From: the human T2T-CHM13v2.0 reference genome, Homo sapiens
Assembly (NCBI RefSeq): GCF_009914755.1
Contig: NC_060940.1
Reading direction: 5' to 3' (one strand)
Length of the DNA stretch: 64,000 nucleotides
The notes under the pieces are model-generated. The model searched no databases, had not been told where the DNA came from, and was given only the letters and a program-made list of their open reading frames with translations. Shown here piece by piece: positions 52,761 through 64,000 of this stretch (position 1 is the first letter of the stretch; every line of letters starts with the position of its first letter). The translations under genes and the position numbers were made by a program.

Positions 52761-54630
52761 CCATCAGAGGAACATGACAAAGGTGAAATCCTGCCCCTGT
52801 CTCTCTTGGACCTGGATGGATACCACTTCCATCAACCCATAGAGCCACCCTGCCCTGACATCTAGCAAGAGGCCAAGACCCGCAAAACAACCACCACTAT
52901 CCCTCTATCACCAGGAAGCAACTACAAAAAAGTGATCCTTATCCATTTTCCCCAAAGAACTGGGGTCTTGGACTCTTGAAGAGGGAAATGTTACAGTAGG
53001 TAGGTAGTCAGACATAAGCAGGGCAAGAGAGTCCTCTCCCCACCAGGAATGTCAGGTGATCATCAGGTGATAGTCAGGTGATTGTTAAACTGTTTCTCTA
53101 GAATAACAATTGGTTGCAGCTGGAGCCAGGGAAAGGCAGTTTCCCAATAGACAGAAAATACATGAAGCTGGTGATCGGCAGCTTCTGATAAGATCTCAGG
53201 AGTTGGACAAGTGGACTCAAGCATGCACACTAAAAGGCAAAATTGCAGAGTTAATCTGATATATGACCTTCCTGTAGGAACACTCAACTTGTAAAGGAAG
53301 AACGCCTCAAGTGAGCATGCACACAAGTTCATTAAAAGCACTGTGCATGTGGTCCCTCCCAAGTGCTGGCAGGCCAGACTGCCCAGGCCAGAGGAAGAAT
53401 CAGGGGAGAAAAGATGCGACCCCCTGGAAGCATGCCAATGTATAAAACCCCAAGTCAAAGGTCAAACCACGCACTTGAATCTCTCAAGTTGCCTGTGTGG
53501 CCCTCTTACAAGTGTACTTTATTTCCTATTGTTCTTGCTCTAACACCCTTTAATAAACTTTCACTTCTGCTTTAAAACTTGCCTTGGTCTCTTACTTTGC
53601 TTTATGCCCCTCAGTTGAATTCTTTCTTCTGAGGAGGCAAGAATTGAGGTTGCTGCAGGCCCGTACAGATTCACTGCTGCTAACATAATCAAACATGCCT
53701 GACCCTTGCCTTCCCGTCATGGCCCGAACTAGTTTTTCAGATTTACTTGGGAATCTCCTTGGCCAAGAGGCAGGGGGGCTCCATTTAGTAGTTTGGTAGG
53801 CTTAGAATTTTATTTTTGGTTTACACTCCAAACACCAGGTTTGCCTGATGTTTGTACAGTGATGTACAATGTCCCTTCCTGAGTGGTGTCACTCTGGAGT
53901 TTATTTCTGCTTCGTCCAGGACACCATAAATGTGAACACACATTGAGACTCTACAGTCCTTTAAGGGTAACAATAACAATGATTTTATCAGATTATATAA
54001 TCTTCTGTTTCACGTGTGTAGATCTGAGATCACACTGCCTGCAGGGGCTCTGCTTTTTCTTCTTTCCTGTGGGAAAGATGCTAAAGCATGAAAAGATGCA
54101 AACACATAAAAACAACAAAAAAAGTATGCTAAGGGAGCCCAGGGAAGTGAAGGTCCACACCACAACACCACGCACTCAGAGAAAGGGACATCAAAGCTGA
54201 TCCTGCAGGATGGATATTCCTTTATCAGACAATGGGGTGGGCAGTGGGGTACGGTTGTGGAGGTGGGGAAGGGTGCCCTAGGTGGAGAGAATGGCATGTG
54301 CAAAGACGAGTAGGGCAGGGAACAGCAGGCAACACTCCCACAGGTAGGAGTTCAGGTGGATGGCCAGCAATGGCTAAGGAGGTTGGTGGGAATGGAGAAT
54401 CCTGGGTGTTCATATAGAGGCAAAGTGATAGTCCCTTCCCACACAGTGATAGCCCTTTCCACCATCATCAGGTCAGTGCTGGTGCAAAGAGATGGAAGTG
54501 TCCAGGGCAGGGATTACAAACTCTCAAACATCACAGAGGCTGGTCAGAAACATAACGCAGGTAGGAAGTAAGGAGCCTGAGGCCCACCAGAAGAGCTTGT
54601 GCCCTCTCCAAAACTCAAGAGTGGCCAGAC

Positions 54631-55105
<475 letters not shown>

Positions 55106-57249
55106 CTAATAAAGGTAACTCCTTCCATGATCCGCCTTGAACATTGGGCTCTGCAATGCCACAGCTGCCCTAGTGACCCTTGGCAGGCACCTTCTTGAGT
55201 GATTCCAAATAGTTATGACCTGTCCTTGGTGAGAGAGGAGGGGCAGGTCTCTTGAGGGTAGTGAAGCAGTACAAATGTTTGCATTTCTCAGGGATGCAAT
55301 CGATGTAAACCAGATAAATGAAACCACAGAAAGTCAGTAGCTGAGGCAGGGATGAAATGTGTCCCCGTGGCCTCTTAAGCAATTAGCTTTGATGTCCCTG
55401 GCAGCTGCTGAATTCCAAAGGCAATTCCAGGGGCTTTGATTTGAAGCCAGTCTCTTAAGACCCACTTAAAGGCAGGGGGTACCCAGAGAAGAGCAAACCC
55501 AGGGTGGGTGGTGGTGATGGGGGTGGGGAGAGGGAGTGGTTGTTCCTGTCCTCAATGTCTGCAGAGTTGCTATGTAGAAGGGTGAGTACAAACTTCTTTT
55601 GTGTAGATCTAGGAGCTAAACCCAGGGCCAGCTGGTGGAAGCTACAGGGAGGCAGATCTTGACCTAAAGAACTCCCTAACAATGAGAGATGTCTGAAGGT
55701 GGAATCAGTTGCGTTTGGAAGTAGCAAACACTTCGTCATGGGAGGCCTTCAAGCACATGGGAAATGGCCACTCTTAGGGCTACAATGGTAAAGAGAAGTG
55801 TTGTTTTGGATAAACTCTGAAGTCCTTTCTATCCTAGAGATTTTGTGATTTATCTTATTAGCAATATTTCATGGTGTTCAACTGACCCGTTTATTTGGGG
55901 TCTTGACTTTTTATTTTAAGAAAATGTGCAGAAACTTCAGAACTCTCTTTCTACTCCGGAAATGAGACTCTCTGCACGTAAAATATAACAAGTGGCAGGT
56001 AATCCAGAACCATGATACTTTAGAGGCACAGGTAATAGGGAGTGACTGGCAGTGGCTTCATCTGTGTCTGCCTGGGAAGAGTTAAAGTATTATATAAGCC
56101 AGACTTCTGAAAAACGGGAAGGGGAATGGACAGATGGGATACGGGAGACTGGAATTAATAAGAAGTCAAATGGCTGAGTCATTGAACTAATTTCAAAGTC
56201 TGAAGGTAACAGGAAAACAGAAAATCAGACAATTGGAAAGTAATGAAGGTTTTGTAAAGACCCCAGGTGGCCAAAACAACAGGAGAAGTCAGGAAAACGT
56301 AATTACAACACTGATGTGAGCCCTCTGAGCCAGACCATCCTGTCTCTGGCCCTCCCCTCTCACCCGAGTCCTGCCTGGTCAGTAGCAGCTCCCCACTGCA
56401 GGACACAGTTAGAGGGGTGGGGGGCTCACCATTCACTCAAAGCACTCTCGGGTAATGCCGCCAGTGATAGTGTCTGTAAGTCCACCATGGCCAGTCACTC
56501 CCTCTTGGTAAGAATCTGTCTCCCCGTGACAAAGAAAGTCAGAACAGATGTGAATGCTAGGAATTGTTTCACCCATTACACAGAGGGAAAAACTGTGGCC
56601 CGAAGAGTGGATCGTGTGTAAAGTGCAATGGGGAGGATTGAGGTATATGAGACTCAATTCATTTCTACCTCCTGAATTAACAGAAAAGGCCCATACTGGC
56701 AAAGTTAGAGCTTTAGCTTGTGCTTCTGCTTTAAAAAGCATCATCTCTGGGGATGAATGTAGACAGTCTCTCAAACTCAATAACTGGCTTTTGAGGAACA
56801 GAGATTTCTCATGTTCCACATTCTAAAAAGCCACCTTTTTGTTGACAGGGTGAGGTTTGAGGACGTACTTAAGAACCATCAAAATCTGTGCTCTCTCCTG
56901 TTCACAGACTGATGAAGAGAGCCAGCGGCCTTTGAAGCTGCTCGTGTTTGTCTGATTTTAAGAGGCAGAGAAAGGCCCAAAGATGGTTTCCCAGCAGGAT
57001 GGGACAAGTCAGCAAGTTTCCTGAGCCAGGGCAATCGTATCTCTAACGAACTAGAGAGAGAATGTTCATTTAGTCTTTAAATTTATTTCTTTATATTTTT
57101 TTTTAGAATCAGAAAATGTCCCCAGATGGTCCTTGTGTGATGGACTTTAGAAAGTCATTACAAACACTTTTGTTTTCTGGCCAATCTTTCTCCTCCTGCC
57201 TGGGAGAAGAGCCTCAACTCTTCTCACACTCTCCCCTCCTGGGTGGCTC

Positions 57250-57855
57250 CAGGGCCTCCTGACCAGTCCCTGCTTCACCCCTGCCCACCGCTCTACACAC
57301 GGCAGTGGGACAGACCCTTTAAAATACAAACTTGATCACACTACCGAGCTATGAAGTCTTCAGTGGCTTTCCCACTGTCTTGAGAGTAAAAGCCATCCTC
57401 CTTACAGTGGCCAAAAGGTGGCTTAAAATCAGGTCACTGACACTTCTTCATTCACTCTCATCTGCCCTTGCTCACAACTTGGGTGGCACTGCCCTTCTTT
57501 CTCGGCTCAGGGCGCCTTCCTCCAACCCTTACCAGTCCTTTTGAACCTGGTGCTGCCTCTTCCTAACTCACTCCTCCCTGGCTCTCTGCAGGGCTGAGCT
57601 CAACTCAAGAGAACTTGAAGAGGACATTTCTGAGCACCTGGCCACAGATCCTTCCCAGACAATCGGAGTCTAACTCACCACTCTGGGGACTTGTCAATAT
57701 CTATCCACATCTTACTTATTTCCTTGTTTATTTGTTTCTAGACTTTTCTCCTGGCTTGACTTTAAGCAGGAATCTCATCTGTATTATTTACCACTATAGC
57801 CCTGGCTCATAGAATTGTTCCTGATACATAGGGATGACTCAAGAAATGCTTTTGA
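57250..57855 (+). mobile_element. L2 fragment
   Basis: cttcagtggctttcccactgtcttgagagtaaaagcc...atagaattgttcctgatacatag...ctcaagaaatgct. Confidence 0.6.
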
Positions 57856-57953
57856 GAGGGAAGGAAGGAAGGGAGAGAAGGAGGGAAGAAAGAAGATAGG
57901 AAGGAGGGAGGAAGGGAAGGAGAGAAAAAGAAAGATTGGAGGGAGAGAGGAAA

Positions 57954-57986
<33 letters not shown>

Positions 57987-57988
57987 TT
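57855..57988. repeat. Polypurine (GGAA-rich) tract followed by (CT)n/Tn
   Basis: Direct observation. Confidence 0.9.
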
Positions 57989-58540
57989 TAACATATTCTA
58001 GTTGGTTTTTAGCCAGAGAAGGGTGATACTTAAAACAAGAGACTTAACCATGGACTTTATGGCCTAAGAACAACAATGTTTGGGACAAGGTAAGAATAGC
58101 TGGGGACTCCTCAAGTCTCACCTTGCAAGCAGCCAGCTGTGTTGCCTAGGGGTGGGACAGACAGATGCTAGGGAAGGCAAAGGGAGCCACCAGTTGGGGC
58201 AGAAGGGAATCAGTGGAGGACCTGGGAAATCTTAGCCCTTATAGGTTTGCAGGACCTCTTCCTGCTTGGGAGACTCCAGCATCTGCCTTTCAATGAATAG
58301 CATCAGGACTAGCATTGCCCCCAAGGAACCTGGAATCAATGAGAGGGTTGGTGGAGTGTAAATGTTTGGGCCAGAGAAAGTGAGCACCTTGGAGACGGAG
58401 CTCCGAAGTTCTGCAAATGCAATATCTTCATTTAAAGACTGGTCTGTAAGTGGCACTCCGCACACAGTTGTGCAATTTATAGATGATGGCATGGGGTTCT
58501 GGAGGCTGGCTCCAGGGAGATGAGGTTGCATGGACCTTAG

Positions 58541-58966
<426 letters not shown>

Positions 58967-60289
58967 TGAGCTGGCTAAGGCATTGGGAAGGGGCTGGTGA
59001 GGATGGTGGTCAGAGGCGCCTGGCAAACCTCAGATTCTATAACATTCAGACCAGGTCCATTTCCTGCTGATGACCAAGTGGACTCTCAGAAGCCATCAGG
59101 AGGGTGCTCGGCTCATCAGGGGAAAGTCAATTCCCTGGGGCTTTCACTTATAACTTTGTTTGCAGATAGCAAGCCTTTTCCGCCCGGCTTCTCATCCTGA
59201 GCCTTTCTGCCTGTAACAATCACATTATTTAATTTAGATGAGTGAAGTTACCCTAGATCAATTATACTTATTTTTCCTGTGTAATTTCCAAAGCTTAATA
59301 TCTCCATTCGGGCCCAGCCTGGGGGACAGGTTGTCTAGCAGAGTCCTAAACGATTTCAGCCTTTAATTCAATTGTACTTTTACCATAGCCCAGCAGCGAG
59401 CATAATTCTTTTATCCCTAAGATGTCTCATTAGCAATAATCTAATAGCACATATTAAAATATAGGTCACTGAGGTGGGCTGCCAAGTGGAAGGCTTGTCA
59501 TAACTTTGAAGGTTGGACAGCTGCCTTGGTGGGACTTGGTCCCCCAATAACACACCACCCTGACTCTAGGCTTAATTCTAAAATGATCAATAAAACACAA
59601 CAAAAACAGCTTACTTTCTGCAGTTCAAGGTTAAGAACCGACGTTGGCTAGGAAATAGAGCTGTGGGGTAGGGTAAGGCAGAGGGGAATGTTCTTGCCAA
59701 CATGACGTAGTAGGAAAGATCTCCGACCTCAGGAACTTGGGCTGGAACCTCATCCCAGTTGTGCCGTGAACATGCAGACTGACCTGCAGTACAGCTGTTA
59801 TGGCCCTTGACCTTGGTGTGCACACCTGTAAAAGGGGAAGATACTGGGCTTAAAGCCAATGTTTCCTGAATTCTGGCACTCCCTGATCAACTTGTCCTAG
59901 TATGCATTTGATGTTTTCCTTTAAATCAACTCATTCTTCTTAATTAAACACATTTGTTTTAAAAAGGAAGCTCAAGTATCAACATGGAAAAACCTCAAGA
60001 ATATTTGCAGGAGGATTCATGCGGAATAAGGCCAACTGTATAAACTTTAAACATGCACAAAAGTGATGCGTAAAAATGGTTTAGACAGGCAAAATAAATC
60101 TAGGGGGTTCAAGGTCCAGATAGCAGTTACCTTTGGGGAGGAGGGAGATGTTGACAGGGAGGGGCAACCAGGGGGACTCCTCAGATTCTGGTCATTTTTT
60201 TAATGGCCTGGATGTAGTTTCATGAGCGTTTTTACTATGTAAAAAGTGCAGTTATAATTACTTCAATTTTCTGTGTGTTAAGCCTCATA

Positions 60290-60630
60290 CAAATATATAT
60301 ATGTTTTATATATAAAAATTTATATATATGTTTTCATATATAGTTTATATGTATAAAATTTTAGGAATATACGCAACATTTTAGGTATATGTAAATGTAC
60401 GTGTGTAATTTTAAGTAATAATATATACATATCGTGTATACATAGGTACATATGCAGTATATGTATATATTGAGTATGTGTGCATGTGTGTATATAGTAT
60501 GTATATTGATTATTCTTAATAATATATATTTATATTTAATAATAAATACATATTGTTATATAATTATGCATTATATGTATGTATACCATACATTTAATAT
60601 GTGCTATTAGGTATGTATTATGTATGTATT
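60290..60630. repeat. TA/TG-rich low-complexity tract
   Basis: Direct observation. Confidence 0.85.
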
Positions 60631-62554
60631 TAGTGAGGATTATTCCCAAATGTGTATCTAAGCTTTCACTATCTGGCACCTATGAACACTAGAGAGCAGG
60701 TATCTAGTGAGAGCAGAAATACTCTATAGTGACAGTGTAGATACATGCTTGGGAATTATCCACATTTTTTAAGTTAACAGTAAGAAATAATGAAAGAAAT
60801 TTTATACTGTCATCATGTAATAAATAAAAAACCAAAATCACATGCCATAAATAGATAACTAAAAATAAAGCAACGAAAAGAAAGCACTGATAGGAGATTC
60901 TAGTTTCATGCGGTTTGGGCCTGAAAGTTCTGACCCAAAGCCTGGCTTCCTTCTGTTGAACTGGGGATTAGTAAGTTAGAGTCATTACAGACACATGAAC
61001 ACCAGATTGAGACTCACTCCTTCCGTAATCAGGGCTAAAAAAGCATGAAAAGCAGTGGAACTTTCTCCCTCTGTGATTCAAAGTAATTCAAATCAGGGCC
61101 TGCATAGCCCTGAGCCATTGCCCCTTTTCCTTGGGGCTGTACTTCTCTACTTCAGGAGAGATCTGCAAGGTCCCTCCAAGCTCCAACTATCCTAGCTTCT
61201 AAGGGATGCGGGCATGGCGAAAGGTCTTGTTACAGGTGGGCTGGAGGATAGGGAGAAAAAAATGGGAGAGACGCTATTAGCAAAATTGGAAAATTTTGAA
61301 ACAAAGCCCCATTCCTTTCTCCAGCTCCCCGGACTGGTTCTCACAAAGCCTGAGCCAGAGGCAGGGGTGGGCAGGCACACACTCCTTGGAGGGCAGCCCC
61401 CAGCCTTCCCAGACACAGCCGTTCCACCTGCCTCCTGGGCTACACTGAGCTGGAGCCTGACTCCTTGAAGTGCGTGTTTGTGGCTCTGGGCCTGCTCTTG
61501 GGCCACACGGAATATATGTGCAGCACCCCCTGGTGACTGCATGTCCACTCCTGAGGCCAGCAGGTCTGTCCCTCAGTCTTCTCCTAAGGCCTAAGTCTCT
61601 CCACCAACTGCCTGACCTGACTCTCCCCAGGACATGCACTTCAGCTTTAGCTTCATGGCCCACATCCACACGTGGGCAGTGTAGACCAGCTGCCAGTCCC
61701 CTTACAAGAGAACTGCGTGTGCTGGAGGGCTCAGTGAGGATTCCTGTGGCCCTTGGAACAGGCAGGGTGGCCTCATGATGACCTCTCCCCACCTTTGTTA
61801 TCACCAAGGATCCTTCCCAGCCTGGATCCTCCCCTCACTGCTGCCCCAACCTGGACCCCCAAGTCTTCCCAGCCTCCTCATCAAAACCTATCTTTCGTGC
61901 ACCTCCTTCCTTCAGAGTGATGCCAGGGCAATGTTCAACTATCTGCTCTGAGAAATGTTCCAAAGAGAGGACGTAGGTGTGGGAAGACCCTGGGACCACG
62001 TGTCGGAGCCGGTTCTGATCTCTTGCTCTGCTACTACCCTGTGTAATTTTGGGAGTGGAAGTGAGGCAGGGAGGTACAAAGTGGGGCAAAGAAGTGGAGG
62101 GTTCTTCTGCCAGCTACCTGGGAGGAAGGGCAAACCTCATGACACACAGCATTGAGGGGAGACTGGCAGTGGATGCTGAAGACCTGGAAGATGCGCAGGA
62201 CAAAGGCAAAGGGGGCAGAGAAGAAAAATAGAAGAGAAACAAAATGGGCCTTGGGGCAGATCCCAGAACTGGTGGGAGGGGTGGATCTAAGGGCTTGAGG
62301 TGGGAGGTGAGCCTTGAAGAGGGAAGGACTCTAGCTCCTTGAGGGGAAAGGGCCAGAGGAGATGGTGGCTGACAAACCACAATGTCTGGGTTCAGAAATG
62401 CATCAGCCATGGCCTCAAGTTTCCCAGCCAAAAAGAGTGAGCAGCCCTACTGAGAATAGGGAGCTCGAGCAGAGAGATGGAGTGAGGCAAATGAGGCCCA
62501 AACTGGCAACCGCTGAGCCATGGAGATAGAACAGGGGTGAAGAGCGTAAGCCCT

Positions 62555-62760
62555 GGAGCCTGCCAGGATCTGGGCTCAAACCCTACCCTCTGTCCCTCTC
62601 TAGCCATGAAGTCCAGGACAGGACGTCTAACCACTTTCAGCATGGTCTTCAATCTGTAAAATGAGAATAATGATTGTCTTGTATGAAATGATACTTAGCA
62701 TAGTGCCCACACCCAGTTTGCTAAGTGAATAGAACTGCCAAGTGTATAGCAAATGTCTAT
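62555..62760 (+). mobile_element. MIR
   Basis: ggctcaaaccct...aatctgtaaaatgagaataatg...cttagcatagtgcc. Confidence 0.65.
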
Positions 62761-62868
62761 CGTGTTTATAGTACGTGCTAATCACTGCTGATGCACTTTG
62801 CAGTCGCTGATGCATTTAAGCCCTCCAACTCCCCCAACAGATAGATACTATCATAAGCCCAATTTTAT

Positions 62869-63157
62869 TATCATTATTATTATTGCCCAGGCTGGAGTGC
62901 AGTGGCATGATCATGCCTCACTGCAGCCTTGACCTCCTAGGCTCAAGCGATCCTCTCATGTCAGCCTTCCTGAGTAGCTGGTACTATAGGTGTGCACCAC
63001 CACGCCCGGCTAATTTTTGTAATTTTTGTATTTTTTTTGTAGAGTCAGGGTCTTGCCACGTTGCTTAGGCTGGTCTCAAACTTCTGGGCCCAGGCAATCC
63101 ACCTGCCTCGGCCTCCCAAAGTGCTGGGATTACAGGCGAGAACTACCACACCCGGCC
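62869..63157 (-). mobile_element. AluJ inserted in a MIR
   Basis: AluJ diagnostics (gacctcctaggctcaagcgatcctc); imperfect TSD taag(a)ccca(a)ttttat; the MIR resumes at cccattttataagtgagaaaactgag. Confidence 0.85.
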
Positions 63158-64000
63158 CTAAGACCCATTTTATAAGTGAGAAAACTGAGCCACGCATCAG
63201 CTCGAGGTAGCAAAGCTTGTAAGTGAAAGTCAGGATTTGAACTCCCAGGCAGTACAGAAGTTGAGTGCCACTACTCCTGCTGATCACATTAAGGGAGCCA
63301 GAGATCAAGGGCCTCCTAAGAAACTAGGAAGGGAGGGTGGTGGTATTACCAGAAAGAGGGGTAGCAAATCATTACCCTGCACCCTACCTCCTAGTTCCCC
63401 TGTCCTTACCCAAAGACCACCCAGCTTTCATTTTGAGGGCTGAGAATACAAAGGAGGCAAACTTCTGAAGAACATGTTTCAGGTAGGTGTTCTCTGTATG
63501 TAGTCCACAGAGGGTGAACTACTGCGTGTACCACCATCACTAAACAACTTAGTAGGTTCAGGATCCTGGGCACGAATGCAGAGCAGGACCAGCCCAGACT
63601 AGGTGCATCCCCCAGGCCTTGGCTTCATTGCAGACAACCTTGAGCCAAGGCCTCATGATTCCCTTGAAGAGGGTGCAATTCACACCTCTGTCCCTTCACT
63701 CTTCCACGCCTCTGTTCTGGGGTATTGATGGATGCTCCTGCTACCTCCTAGATGGTACCCTAGACAGTGAACGTGAAGCAGCTTTTCTCCCTTCCATGTC
63801 TCAGAAGGGACCCATTCATGACTTCATGGAATAGACAGCCCAGGCAGGAAATGGCTATGTTTTTTGCCAAGCAGTCAGAGCAAAAGGAGGACACACCAGT
63901 TTGAGGGGAGAAAGGCATTCAAATTGGGCAAAGCTGAATTGCCCACAAATTGCCACAGCCACTCTCAACTTGGGACAAAGGTTATGAAACACGTCACTAA

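Larger units (their letters stand above)
46567..53685 (+). mobile_element. MER50-type non-autonomous ERV1 provirus
   Basis: 5' LTR 46567-47264 and 3' LTR 52989-53685; TSD TAAT (46563-46566 / 53686-53689); degenerate tRNA-His-like PBS at ~47270-47289; PPT gaagagggaaa before 52989. Confidence 0.85.
45810..53825 (-). mobile_element. MER4-group LTR (MER4D-like) split by a MER50 provirus (pieces 45810-46566 and 53686-53825)
   Basis: TG...CA termini; TSD CT(T/C)C at 45806-45809 / 53826-53829; sequence colinear across the insertion. Confidence 0.8.

Noticed and set aside
61192-61807. Overlapping 84-176 aa ORFs near the window end as SLC6A2 exons
   Set aside because: No similarity to SLC6 transporter sequence and no CpG island; SLC6A2 appears to begin beyond the window

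Overview
Primate (most likely human) genomic DNA. I recognise the first ~4.8 kb as the end of the last intron, the last coding exon (1053-1237, ending ...STSDKKDD*) and the long AT-rich 3' UTR of LPCAT2. The rest is intergenic. From recalled human gene order (16q12.2) it runs toward, but does not reach, SLC6A2. About 7.7-39.5 kb is almost entirely LINE-1. It holds a three-level nested L1 stack ending in a full-length, inactivated L1PA3-type element, an antisense L1PA13-15 copy, and a near full-length L1PA6-type element. The L1PA6 has an internal inversion and an apparent ~250 bp 3' transduction. A MER50-type non-autonomous provirus (46.6-53.7 kb) sits inside a MER4-group LTR. There are also several Alus, MIR/L2, MaLR/MLT2 LTRs, a hAT fossil and microsatellites. 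No new protein-coding gene is supported: the ORF track is almost entirely L1/Alu/ERV-derived or chance ORFs. I found no evidence of a wholly new biological system. The best leads are structural (3' transduction, two local inversions, nested insertions with readable TSDs, a frame-restored ORF0) and regulatory hypotheses (an LTR12 at the LPCAT2 3' end, and MER50 LTRs plus a PHOX2-like motif cluster upstream of SLC6A2). Repeat subfamily names come from recall of consensus sequences and need RepeatMasker/Dfam confirmation.
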